Positions 12,405-25,810 of a stretch of DNA of 64,000 bases are shown here, one piece after another. The position numbers were made by a program, and so were the translations under genes. The notes below the pieces were generated by a model, which did not search any database, was not told the DNA's origin, and saw nothing but the letters and a program-made list of their open reading frames with translations. Source of the DNA: Octopus vulgaris (lineage: Eukaryota); the NCBI GenBank assembly GCA_951406725.2, contig OX597821.1, positions 69,750,001 through 69,814,000 on the forward strand, in the 5' to 3' direction. Each line of letters starts with the position of its first letter. Positions within the stretch are counted from its first letter, which is position 1.

Positions 12405-12868
12405 TCTGAAGTAGCATGGCCTTCTAGTTGGAGATGCATGTCTAGTCATTGCAAACATATAAGAATTCTAGTGAAATACATTCTCTGATTACAAAAATAG
12501 AAATAATACATTTCTAAATATCTGAGAGAGTTTTATGCAGTAGTGGTACGATAGAGTAGTTGTATACTGTCAACTTAATGTGACAGTCCCATGAAGGGAA
12601 TCATACTACTGCTATTTAGCTACTCCAGACTGATGACGAGCAAAGACTAGTCTCTGGATGCAGGCTTAGCTGGGTGGAGGTGCTTATCGCCCCCTTGCAA
12701 ACATAAGGACACAGAAATTGTGTCAAGGCCGATAGGAAGCGTTGGTGCTTCCTAGGGCTAAATAGCAGTAGCATGATTCCCTTCATGGGACTGTCACATT
12801 AAGTTGACAGTATACAACTACTTTATCGTACCACTACTGCATATATCTCTCTGAGATATTTAGAAATG

Positions 12869-12873
<5 letters not shown>
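12405..12873 (+). mobile_element. Retrozyme-like family B insertion: inverted segment plus sense segment ending in (TA)n
   Basis: 12504-12620 is the reverse complement of ~12757-12873. The sense part starts at the hammerhead tccaga-CTGATGA(12630-12636)-cgagcaaa-[GAAA deleted]-gacta-GTC-tctgga. Confidence 0.85.
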
Positions 12874-12919
<46 letters not shown>

Positions 12920-13140
12920 TATATAACACATGATGGAGATGGAATATGCAATAAACTTTGTTGCTCACAACGATCGTTTCGACGCATCCTGCATCGACCC
13001 CTCGCAGGTGGGATACTGTACACCTGGTTGTGGTGTACTCCTCGGTGCAGCCGCATCTCCTCAAGTGATGTTATAAGGGGTGTCTCGGTTTACTACTAGA
13101 AGCATACCCAAACTTTTTACACATATATATATATATATAT

Positions 13141-13556
13141 AGGTGCAGGAGTGGCTGTGTGGTAAGTAGCTTGTTTACCAACCACATGGTTCCGGGTTCA
13201 GTCCCACTGCGTGGCACCTTGGGCAAGTGTCTTCTACTATAGCCTCGGGCCGACCAAAGCCTTGTGAGTGGATTTGGTAGACGGAAACTGAAAGAAGCCT
13301 GTCGTATATATGTATATATATGTATGTGTGTGTATGTTTGTGTGTCTGTGTTTGTCTCCCTAGCATTGCTTGACAACTGATGCTGGTGTGTTTGCGTCCC
13401 CGTAACTTAGCGGTTTGGCAAAATAAACCGATAGAATAAGTACTGGGCTTACAAAAAATAAGTCCCGGGGTTGAGTTGCTCGATTAAAGGCGGTGCTCCA
13501 GCATGGCCGCAGTCAAATGACTGAAACAAGTAAATGAGTAAAAGAGAGTAAAAGAG
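13141..13556 (+). mobile_element. Full-length SINE family 1 copy
   Basis: Same head, body and tail as 8373-8803; inserted in (TA)n. Confidence 0.9.
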
Positions 13557-15247
13557 TATATATATATATATAGTTGTCTCTATAAGAAACTTCGAAGGAA
13601 CATGAAATAATTTGATTTTAATGGATGAAATCGAAATAGTGTCATAAATAATGTAATATAAATATCGGAATTAAAACACTTCTTGGTTCGGAAAAGTCGA
13701 AGTGTCTGCTTTCGACGTTTTCTCTGTGTGTTGTTTTTTTTGGGGCGGCGGGTGGTGGTGGGGGGCGTGCTTATTACATAGCCAAGCCGCTTCACTCACT
13801 TTCCTTTGGAAACGGTGTATTTTTTTACGAAGCCATTTTTACTGAAAATATTTCTACGGCTACCCATTATTATTCCTACAATATAGACTGCATCTATTTG
13901 TATTTTAGGAATCTCGAGTCCGCGCCTGTCTCTGATTATATAAAATGTAAATATAAATGTTATTCTGCAGAGAAACACCTCTATGCAACGAAAGCAAGGA
14001 AAGCTCCCCCACCTGGTCACTTGGTCTGCTAGAAATAGCAAACAAATTTCATCAAATACCACACCTCATTGCCTTAAAAACGATCCACTCCAGTACTAAA
14101 CTGGACTGTGAACAATATGAAGAGAAACGATAATGATGGTGATGATGATGATGATGACGACGACAACGATAATGACGAACGGAAATTACAAACAATAAAC
14201 TACTACTACTACTCAACTAAAGCTGCTGTTGTTGATGATGATGATGATGAGTTGATAGTGGTGATGGCGATGAGGACGACAATCATAATTGCTCTGTGCT
14301 AATGATATATAGCTATGCACTCCCTTAAATAGTCTTAATGTCCGAAGAAAATAAACAGCTCAAAATCCAAACTCCTTATAAAAAAGAAAGCCAAAAAAAA
14401 ATCTAAAAGAAATATCAATAAATAATGAAACAAGATCACCATCAACAACAATAACAATAACGTTGGTAAGAAAGAAAATGAAACATAAAACATACAAAAG
14501 AAAAGCTGCAAATAAATTTGAAAACATATCACAAACAAAGCTGAACGTCTGTTGAGCAGGAATATGAAAACTCTATGGTAACATTGAAGAGGCTTGAAAA
14601 TATATTTGAGAATTCCCTTCCACATTTACTGAAACACAGACTGCTCTTTTGTTTTCGGCTTCACTTCGTCTGAGAAGAGAGGAATCTATTGTGAATCTCA
14701 AGACCTTTATAAACCAATAAATTGAACTGTATTATCAGAAGCCGTAGACTGGACGGCTCCGTTTTCTCCTTACACTAGACTGAGCATGTGTTTGTATGTA
14801 GGTTATATACACACAGACTAAAAACATACACACGCACACAATTAAATACACATGCACACACACACACATATGCAGATGTAGATGCACATCTACGTGTGAA
14901 CGGATTCATACATACATACATTCATACATACGTGTGTATACATGCCTATTCAAATATAGATATGTATATATATATATATATATATGTGTATATATATATA
15001 TATATCCTTTTATATATATGTATATATATATATACAGTTACATACATACATGAATACATAAAAATATATATGTATATATATACATGCATACGTACATATA
15101 TATATATATACATACGTACACACACATATATATACATACATACGTACATACATATATATATATATATATACATACGTACACACACATATATATACATACA
15201 GACATACATGCATTATACATATATCTATATCTTGAGCTATATCTATA

Positions 15248-15296
<49 letters not shown>

Positions 15297-15298
<2 letters not shown>

Positions 15299-15866
15299 AG
15301 GGTGCGATGGTTAAATTGTCGCCATTCCATATTTTTGAATTCACGCGCGTGCATTGTTTTGTTTATTTTGTCGACTACACAGTATAGTAGGGTCAGTTGG
15401 ACGCCGTCTGTGAGAAAACCAGCACCATGACGCAATTCACTCTGCCAGAAATTTGGAAGCGACATGCTGTACCTCTTGGCATTCGTGCCGGAAGCTCCAA
15501 TACGAGCATTTTAGAGTGTTTGGGTGTCAGTTGGAGGACAGTGCAAATCTGAGATCAAATACCGAGAGCGATAAAAATCAAACATCAGTCTACATCATGG
15601 TTTTGGGAGTGATTACTAGTGATGATGACGTTACGCCTCCATTGATCTTCCCACATAGCCTCAGACTCAACACGGAGTCCTATATCAAGTGCCTACAGAA
15701 GGTAGTGCTGCCCTGGGTCAAGAGGGTGGGTGCTGGAAAACCCTACGTCTGGCAAATAGGACTCTACACCATGTCACACAAGCAGGAGAACCCAGTCATG
15801 ACTGTCAGACAATTTCTTCGGTCATATCACCCTTGACATCTGGCCACCTAACTCCCAAGACTGCAA
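15297..15866 (+). mobile_element. Internally deleted Tc1/mariner (maT/DD37D-like) transposon remnant
   Basis: Begins TA|CAGGGTG. Encodes IMVLGVITSD..PPLIFPHSLRLN..YIKCL..VVLPWV..PYVWQ and IWPPNS. Related copy at 61580-62140. Confidence 0.75.
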
Positions 15867-17256
15867 GGAAGGTGAAGGCCTCAGTTTTTTGAGCTTCAGA
15901 AGACATTGTGTTTATCTTTAAAAGGGCCATGCCATCAAGGGAGAGTACCATGCCAACTTGCTTTGAAGAATTATTCCCGCTTTCTTTTCGTCTTCTCCCT
16001 TCCCTTTTTTAGCTTCTGTCTCTCCCCATTTATTCTCTCAGTGTCGTCATCTCTTTCACTTTTATGCCCACTTTGTCCAAGATCGTGTCTCCTCTTCTGT
16101 TCCTGCTATCCCACTTCCGAACTTCCTTTTGATACTTGGTCTGACTTGTAAACAGAAGTCGTAAACTCGGTAGTTTTTTCTTTTCCTCTTACCTTTTCTT
16201 AAGAGTATGACCAAAACCTTTAGAGTCAACCCTTTGATATAGTTATTTTTTCTTGTACACATTCTTCCATTGTTGTTCTTTTGTTTCATACTTCTCTTTT
16301 TCAGTGATGTGCTTAACTTGTCTGACTTCATGCACTATTTGTGTGTTTCCTCTTTGCCAGGAAAACTCACGCATACATATATGGATGTAGGGTGGATGGA
16401 TGAGTGTGTGTGTATGTTTGTGCTAGTATAATGTACTATATAGAATACACATGGCAACATTTGATCAGTGTAGAGTACTTGCTCTTTCGCTTCTGTTGGA
16501 TAAGGTAGTTCTCTTTAGTTAGAATACAGTGGTGGGTGATTGTAGGAATACAATGAGGTTGTAATATATGAAGATATATCTGGACAGTGAGCAGGGGTGC
16601 TGGTATTTTATAAGACATGTTTTCTAAAAGCTATTCCTACATTTAATCCAAAGTCCTGGTTCAAGCGTAGACTGATAAATGATTCCAGTCTGTACAATGA
16701 CACCATACTCTTGTAAACCTGTGGACGCTGTGTAATGTTGTCAGTCGACCGCCGACCGCGCACTCTATAAAGTAGTGCTTATTAATTTTGCCTGCACCGA
16801 CGGATCTCTTCATGCAAAATAACTTTTCCAGAGACCGAGGAATCATGCGCATAAACAAAATACAATAAAGTACATAATATGTAATTTAATTATTATTAAA
16901 TATAGAATCACAAGTCCTGGATTTTGTGGAAAAGGGGACAGTCGATCACATCGACCCCAGTACTCAACTGGTACTTGACCCCGAAAAGATAAAAGGCTAA
17001 CGATTCTGCCAGCCCGCCGCCTTCTTTATTACATATATAATACGAATATGTTACATATAACCTATATGTACTGCAAAAATAGCCAGCTGACAGCAATAGT
17101 CAATAGAATAGGAATAACATTTTAAAATTTATTCTTTGGTTTGGTTCGCTGCCAAATGATCCATAGTCTGGTGGCTAGCAGGCTCTGCTTTGAAAAATAA
17201 GTTCAGGACACTACTAACGAGACGTCTCTACCTCGAAGACCCTCTAGTTTAAAGGA

Positions 17257-17310
17257 TTATTATTCAGGTCACTGCCTGGAATCGATTCCAGGCAGTGACC
17301 TGAATAATAA
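17257..17310. repeat. Perfect 54-bp palindrome
   Basis: ttattattcaggtcactgcctggaatc|gattccaggcagtgacctgaataataa; no spacer. Confidence 0.95.
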
Positions 17311-17359
17311 AGATGATAATAATAACAACAACAACGACAACAATAATAATAATGATAAC

Positions 17360-17745
17360 GGCTAGAGATCATGGAGAAAAATGCTTTCTAATTGATGTAT
17401 CAATACCAGCAGATGACAACGTTTCTCGAAAAGAAATGGAGAAACTTTCAAAATACAAAGACCTGGAAATAGAGGTAACTCAAATGTGTAATCTAAAACC
17501 AGAAACAATTCCTCTCATAGTGGGCGCATTAGGTATGATAAAAAAATATTCAGACAAATGCATAACAAAAACACCAGGACTTACAAACATACAGAAAATA
17601 GCACTACTAGGCACTGCACACAACCTATGTAAAACGCTTTCAATACAGTAACTATAAGAGCGTCACAGCAAACCACAGCACACACCCAAGGCACACAGAG
17701 CTGCGCTTGGTAGTGAAGTGAAAACACGCTATAAAAATAAAACTA

Positions 17746-17801
<56 letters not shown>

Positions 17802-17815
17802 TAACAATAATAATA
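17360..17815 (+). mobile_element. 3' fragment of an R4/Dong-like LINE inserted in (AAT)n
   Basis: CFLIDVSIP..EKLSKYKDLEIEV..IPLIVGALG..IALLGTAH (RLE C-terminus). The 3' UTR matches 58529-58625 (minus). Confidence 0.9.
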
Positions 17816-17865
17816 ACATCGAAAAATAACTTAGGAATGAGAACCCAGGTTCGAAATTTCCCCAA

Positions 17866-17911
17866 GACACCTGATGAAAGCTGGAGGATATATCAGCCGA
17901 AACGTTGTGTT
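17866..17911 (+). ncRNA. Minimal type I hammerhead ribozyme motif
   Basis: GACAC-CTGATGA(17871-17877)-aaGCTG gaggatatat CAGCc-GAAAC-GTT-GTGTT. Stem III is the AACGTT palindrome; cleavage triplet GUU. Confidence 0.8.
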
Positions 17912-18919
17912 AACAACAAACAAGATGAGGAGAAATATTCGTCAAATGTAAATAATGTAAATAATGTACATAATTCCTCATCTCTTAAATATAGAACTGA
18001 ATAAAAGATGTAGTTTTAAGATCAGCCAACAGTTTTGAATACTGGAGTGAATTTAGTATTTAGAGCTAACGAAATGTGATCTCTCTCTCTCTGCCTCACA
18101 CACTCACACACACATATATATGTACGTATATAAATGCATACAGGTACATATATATATATACACACGTACACATACATGAAATACAATAAATGTAGCAGAG
18201 TGCCGGATACAGTCCTTTGCTTTATCCAACAGTAGTAGTAGTAGTAGTTGTTGTTTTGTTGTTGGTGTTGGTGTTGGTGGTGGTGGCGGTGGCTTTATTG
18301 CTGCCGTTGAAGTAGGGAAAGTAATCAGAGTAGTAAGAGTGGTGGTTTTAGTTGCTCATATTGCTACAGTTGGCAATTGTTTCTGATTATTATTCAGTAT
18401 AACATCATGTTGCTGCCATTGTTGTTACTGATGCTCCTCACGCTGCTGCTGCTGATGTTGCTGCTGCTGCTGCTGATGACGATATTGTTGCAATACCTGT
18501 AGTAATGAATGTCCTGTTATGAATAAACTAGCAGTATCGCCCAGCGTTGCTCGGGCTTGTTTTCTTTTCGACCCTTTAGAATTGGAATTTTTGAAAAGTA
18601 AAGATTTTGCATTATGTAGCTTGTTATTCTCTTTAAGTGAACATTTTTTCTGGTTGAAATACACCGAAAAATGGCGACGCAGCAGTCAAACAATCGTAAA
18701 AAATAGGGATTTTCATAGAAAAAAAAGCACCTTTTTGATGTAAATAATTTTTGGTGTTAACATGGTCCGATTTGAATTTTGTCTTCTACGGAAGGAAGAG
18801 CAAACCTTCTTCTATCATAATCTCAATTTTTGTCAACTTGCGTCGCAGGGTCTCGGAGGAGATAGTGTTAGTTGAAGGCTACCAAACCTGCCATACACAG
18901 ACAACTTCAGCTTTATATA

Positions 18920-20213
18920 CGAGGGGCGTTCAATAAGTAATACCTCTGACCCACTTGCAATTGTTTGATCTAGCTGAAATTTTGCATGTGCAATTATTTA
19001 TATCTCTATAGAGTAAGTGGTGGCAAATTACAGCTCTGAACTAATTGTGGTTCCTGAATTACAGGTATTTGAACTGAGTCAAGTGTGAAATGGAGCCAGT
19101 TGAATGTCGAGCAGTGATCCGGTTTTTGTATTTGAAAGGACGCACACCACGGAATACTTTTGATGAAATGAAAGTAACTTATAGTGATGATGCCCCATCA
19201 TATGACCTTGTAAAACGCTGGCATCGTGAATTCAAACATGGTCGGAACTCTGTGGAAACAGCTCCCAGATCTGGTCACCCCACTTCTGCCATTGATGAGG
19301 CATCTGTACGTCAAGTTGAGGCTGCCATTTTGGAAGATCGACGCATAACTATTCGCCAAATAGCCCATGAGGTCAAGATTAGTACCGGGTCTGTGGAAAC
19401 TATCATTCATGACCATTTGCATATGCAAAAGGTGTCTGCCAGATGGATTGCCAGGTTGCTCACACCTTTTCAGAAGCAAGAACGCGTCGAGTGCTCGAGG
19501 ATGAATTTGGAGATGTGCCAAGAAGATGAGTCAAAATTTTTCAAAAGACTGATTACACAGGATGAAACCTGGGTCCATCACTATGATCCAGATACCAAAG
19601 CCCAGTCAATGCAGTGGAAGTACCGTGACTCACCTCCTCCAAAGGAGGCAAGGGTGCAGCCCTCCGCTGGCAAGGTCATGCTCACAGTCTTCTGGGACCA
19701 GGACGGAGTAGTGATGACAGATTTCCTGGCAAAGGGTACCACAATTGCAGGAGCCTATTATGCTTCACTTTTGAGGAAATTAAGAGAAGCTATCAAAATC
19801 AAGAGGCGGGGCAAGATCAGCAAAGGCATCCTCCTCCTGCAGGACAACGCTCCGGTCCACAACTCGCTTGTCGCCAGATCAGAAGCACAGGCGTGAGGCT
19901 ATGAACTCCTCCCCCATCCCCCTACTCTCCTGACCTTGCACCCTCTGATTTTCACCTCTTCCCAGCCATGAAGTTATTTTTGAAAGGAAAGCGTTCCCAG
20001 ATGATGCAGCCTTGATTTCTGAAGTCACGTCGTGGTTGGAGGACCAAGCTGGGGTCTTCTACAAAAACGGTCTCCAGAGCTGCATCAAACGATGGGAGAA
20101 ATGCGTAACTCTGGGTGGTTCCTATGTAAAAAAAGACTAATAACTGTGCCAAGTTTCGTTGCTCTACTGCAATGGGAAGTGGGTCAGGGGGATTACCTAT
20201 TGAACGCCCCTCG
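18920..20213 (+). mobile_element. Full-length mariner (D,D34D) transposon, 1294 bp, TA TSD
   Basis: TIRs CGAGGGGCGTTCAATAAGTAAT / ATTACCTATTGAACGCCCCTCG; TA at 18918-18919 and 20214-20215. Confidence 0.97.
19090..20140 (+). pseudogene. Mariner transposase with one in-frame stop (19894-19896) and one apparent 1-bp deletion (~19993)
   Basis: WIARLL, ITQDETW, LLQDNA, PHPPYSPDLAPSD; 34 residues between the 2nd and 3rd Asp; C-terminus RWEKCVTLGGSYVKKD*. Confidence 0.95.
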
Positions 20214-20831
20214 TATATAGATAGATTTTCATTAATATTCTTATTGCTGTGGTTATAATCGCCATCGCCTGTGTCGTTGTCCAGCTTCAGGTCAAAGCTG
20301 ACCAAGAAGGTATTGTATCAAAGGCGTTCAATCTATGATCAACCCTTAATATTTTTTTCACATATATCAAATACCTCCGTCCCTTTATTTCCATTTAAAA
20401 AACCCCCAAAAAAACCCAAATAAACAGAAGGTGTTATGTTATGATTTGAGGGAATTAGACATGTCAGGGCCTCCTCCTAGAATTGAATTGCGTCTCTCAG
20501 TCAAAGCAGCTGTTTATGTTATCGCTGTCATTGTTGTTGCTGCTGTTGTTAAGGTTGTTGACCGAACAACAAAAACAGGAGCGAATCTTATATATTTCGC
20601 TTCTGTATGCCATTGTTGCTGTTTCTGTTGTTGGTCTTTTAAGGTTGTTGACCGAATCAAAGAAAGAAGGTGGAGAAATATAATCATTGTAGTTAAACAT
20701 GCTTTTTGTAGCTGTGTCACAGACTGTTGCTGTTGTTAGCATTGTTCACCAGGAACACTCCCATCTCCGCCGCCATTGCTCACGCTCAAGAGTTGCTCTC
20801 CATTCCATTACAACAACGCCGTTTGGCTTCT

Positions 20832-21400
<569 letters not shown>

Positions 21401-22592
21401 CAGCTTTTCATTTTCTCTCTTTTTCGCTTTGGTCATATGCTGGCGCGCGTGTGCTTGTGTATGCGTGTGTGTACGTGTATACGCGCGCGCACGTGTGTGT
21501 GTGTATGAGTGTATAAAACAATGCGCACACGTCTGTGTAAGAGAGAGAGAACACTTTATGCAAATGTCTGTATATGCATACATACGAATATACATACAAA
21601 CATACATGCATACATACATATATACAAATAAACATACATACGCACACGCACGCACACACGCACACACGCACGCACACACACACACACATATATATCTATA
21701 TTTGCATATATATGCTTATACATACATATTTTTAATGTATGTATTCGTGAATAGGTGTATGCGAGCATACATATCTTCAAATATCCCACCCTATGCACAA
21801 GATATTTATGACTATATATATATATTAATAAATGAAATAAAACATATGCATATATATAAGCATATATGTACGTACCTACCTCTACATGTACATATACACG
21901 CCTATATGAGTACAGGACACCAAAGGGACGTCGAACACAAAGAGAAACGAAAACATAGACACAAACCAAAGGAACTGGACATTTTTTAAAAAACAACAAA
22001 AAATGGAGTACAGGACAATTAACACAAAGAAAAAACCCCTTCTTCAGTCGCTATGGTTTCATCTACTCTACGTTATACAAAGGTGTATGTATATAGGTGT
22101 AAATAAGCTTGTATATGTGGGTGTGCACCCGTGCAATATGGAAGTAATCTATGATAATAAACCAAAATTCTTTTTATAATAAATATCAAATTCTTAGGAA
22201 GCAGGCATGCAGTTCTCTCTTTCGGGTTTTTCGATCCTCCCCTCCTCTTCTGCTTCGTCGGTGTCATCGTCGTCGTCGTCGTCGTCGTCCTCCTTCTTCT
22301 TCTCCTCCTCGTCCTCCTCCTCTACACTTTGTCTCTGTCTATATGTCTGTCTGTCTGTCTCTGCGTTTATGCATGTATTGATATTAATGTATGTATACAC
22401 AAAACACAAATATATTTGTAAATGTATCTATATATATGCATGTATATGTGTATGCATATATATATATATATATATACATATATACATACACACACACACA
22501 CACATATATATATACATATATAGATACCTTTATATAATTATATATATATGTATATATATATATAATTCATGTGCGTATATATACATATATAG

Positions 22593-22631
<39 letters not shown>

Positions 22632-22869
22632 TAGGTATATATATATGTGTGTATGTGTGTATGCGTATGTGTATCTCAGTGTGTGTGTGTGTGTGTAGTA
22701 AGAAAGTGTAAATTTGGCAGGCACAGTGTAATCGCCTGCTAAACAAATATTTTTACTGATCGAAACGTTATGAATAAGCTTGCGGATAAAAAGCCGCAGG
22801 GAGGACGGAGCAGGTTGGCTATCAATGAGTGACTGAAAAATTAAAGACACTCGTGCGTGCTCGTACACG

Positions 22870-22965
<96 letters not shown>

Positions 22966-24585
22966 TACACATACACACATACACACACACACACACATTA
23001 AATGAGAAGTGCAAAACACAAACATTTCCCTTGAAACAATAACCAATGTATATTAATTGCTTCAAGGCTTGTTTTTATTGACATTACACGGGTTGTTAGA
23101 TAAAATATCATCTTATCAATATCAGAAATCTTTAGTTGGTGTCTATCCATGGAATTGGATTATGTCCCATATTTTGTATGCCAAGCGATCAAATGTCTTC
23201 CTCCTCCGCTTATGACGGCAACCCGAAACCTGTGAATAAAGGTATCATCATAAAGATAATACGATGGTTCTTTACCGTCACGCATACTAAATTCGTAGGA
23301 TTTTGATACTGCAGTAGTGTTAGCCCCGGATCACTATTTATGATCGAAGTGTTAATGTCGAAAGCGTTCCAGAGATGCACTTCACATAAATCTTTCAGCT
23401 CCGAAAAAGACATTATTTGATATAGAAAATCAGGTCAGCGCAGCAATGTAGCAATAGTTCTCAGCGAGCGGGAAAAAAGGCATTCTTGACACACCCACCT
23501 TGATTAATTGATAATAAAGACTAAAGCAAATTTGGCAGCCCTTCATACCTGCACTCACACTCGACTGCCCTCACTTGTCCCAACTAGTTGTCCATCTGAC
23601 AGCTCCAATGATACTTTTACACATTCCAGATGTGTAGGCTGCTTTTGGTGGTGGTGGTGGTGGTGGTGGTAGTGTTTATGTTCAGGTCAGACTTGTTCGA
23701 ACAAAACCATAATCCAACCATTCCAGAGATGTCTTTTATCTTTATACTTACTCTTTGTTATGTTTGCGCATCACCACAGGCAAAGGTGACCCACAATGTA
23801 CGATTGAGTAAGCTCTCCATAGACCCCTAAGCCCAGATGGCACCCAAATACCAAAAAGCTCTTCAGTAGTTAAACTCCTTGTGGAAACGGGGAGGGAGTC
23901 GTGTTTGTTATTGTATTATACCTAGATATTCACTGGTTGACATGCACTCCAGCCGTGACCATGTCATCTTTTTCTTGCGTACAGGGATCCATAATCCTTT
24001 GCTGAGATGGAGGTGTGTGTTTGAAAGGAAATTTGGCAGCTATTTGCAGCAGGTCGAATGGTCAAGTAGAGGCCTCGTCATTGAATCAACGATGGTCAAG
24101 TTATTCTTTGAAGGAGATTTGGTTGTTAATTCTAGCAGGTCGAGAATCCTTCAGCCGCTTCATTGTTATCAGTGTTATCATTCTTCATATTGTTGCTGTT
24201 ATTGTTGTAGACCTTCTTGTAGTTCTAGTAGACCTACAATGGAACTCGTGACTATCCTGTCTTATTAAGGCCACGCAGCATTACACTATTTGATAATATC
24301 ATTTATTATTTTGTTGGGGCCAAAAAAATATGACACAAAATGGACTTCGTTGGCAAAGCATTAAAGCATCCGGGCTTCACTTGAAAAAGATTTTGCTGTT
24401 AATTCTAACACAAGGTTTAGCAACAAAACTTAGAACTTCATTGGTTTGTTAAGTTCCGAGTATTTTATCTGAGAGAGAAACATGTTTTCGTTAATTCCTA
24501 CAGTTTTAACACCTAGCACTTATTTGGACCCTGATATATTTTAGCGGTGTCGATTTTAAGATGCAGCAGCAGCAGCAAACTCAGT

Positions 24586-25200
24586 GTAAGTAGTAGTAGC
24601 AGTAGTAGTAGTAGTAGTAGTAGTGGTGGTAGTGGTGGTGGTGGTGGTAGTAGCAGCAGTAGTAGTAGTGGTAGTGGTAGTAGAGTAGTAGTAGTAGTAG
24701 TAGCAGTAGTAGTAGCAGCAGTAGTAGTAGCAGTTGTAGTAGTAGCGGTAGTAGTAGTAGCAGTAGAAGTAGTAGTAGTGGTGGTGGTAGTGGTAGTAGT
24801 AGTAGTAGTAGTAATTGTTGTAGTAGTAGTAGTAGTAGCAGTAGTAGTAGCAGTAGTAGTAGTAGCAGTAGTAGTAGTTGTTGTTGTAGTAGCAGTAGTA
24901 GTAGCAGCAGTAGTAGTAGCAGTAGCAGTAGTAGTAGTTGTTGTAGTAGCAGTAGCAGTAGTAGTAGTTGTTGTAGTAGCAGTAGTAGTAGTAGTAGTAG
25001 TAGTAGCAATAGTAGTAGCAGTAGTAGTAGTAGTACTAGCAGCAGTAGTAGTAGTAGTAGTAGTAGTAGCAGTAGCAGTAGTAGTAGTTGTTGTAGTAGC
25101 AGTAGTAGTAGTAATAGTAGTAGTAGTAGCAGTAGTAGTATTTGTTGTTGTAGTAGTAGTAGCAGTTGTTGTAGCAGTAGTAGTAGTAGTTGTTGTTGTT

Positions 25201-25255
<55 letters not shown>

Positions 25256-25290
25256 CAGCAGTAGTAGTAGTTGTTGTAGTAGTAGCAGTC
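24586..25290. repeat. (GTA/GCA/GTT/GGT)n compound trinucleotide tract
   Basis: Directly visible. Confidence 0.95.
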
Positions 25291-25389
25291 GCTGCTGTTT
25301 AACCCCATGTCTTCTCTCATTGAACTCATTGAAGAGATAGATTTCTGCACAAAATCCTCTCAACCTTGACCATCCTGTATAATCTTCAG

Positions 25390-25810
25390 ATATAGGATAT
25401 CTGTTTCTTTATTGCCCACAAGGGGCTAAACGCAGAGGGGACAAACAAGGACAGACAAACGGATTAAGTCGATTACATCGACCCCAGTGCGTAACTGGTA
25501 CTTTATTTATCGACCCCGAAAGAATGAAAGGCAAAGTCAACCTCGGCGGAATTTCAACTCAGAACGTAACGACAGACGAAATACCTATTTCTTTACTACT
25601 CACAAGGGGCTGAACACAGAGAGGACAAACAAGGACAGACATAGGTATTAAGTCGATTATTTCGACCCTAGTGCGTAACTGGTACTTATTTAATCGACCT
25701 CGAAAGGATGAAAGGCAAAGTCGATATCGGCGGAATTTGAACTCAGAACGTAATGGCAGACGAAATACGGCTACGCATTTCGCCCGGCGTGCTAACGTTT
25801 CTGCCAGCTC
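25390..25810 (-). mobile_element. tRNA-headed SINE family 3 with an internal tandem duplication
   Basis: Minus-strand head gagctggcagaaacgttagcacgccgggcg...gagttcaaattccgcc. A ~180-bp unit occurs twice (~25400-25585 and ~25586-25765). Fragments of the family at 16905-17020, 29645-29735, 42460-42830 and 46610-46830. Confidence 0.85.

Larger units (their letters stand above)
18528..20225 (-). mobile_element. Non-autonomous Helitron (~400 bp) interrupted by a mariner
   Basis: Minus strand starts A|TC at 20225 and ends CTAG|T at 18528, with a GC-rich subterminal hairpin (gcccagcgttgctcgggc, 18539-18556). No TSD. Confidence 0.75.

Noticed and set aside
24547-25363. Poly-Val/Leu/Tyr ORFs
   Set aside because: Trinucleotide repeat artefacts.
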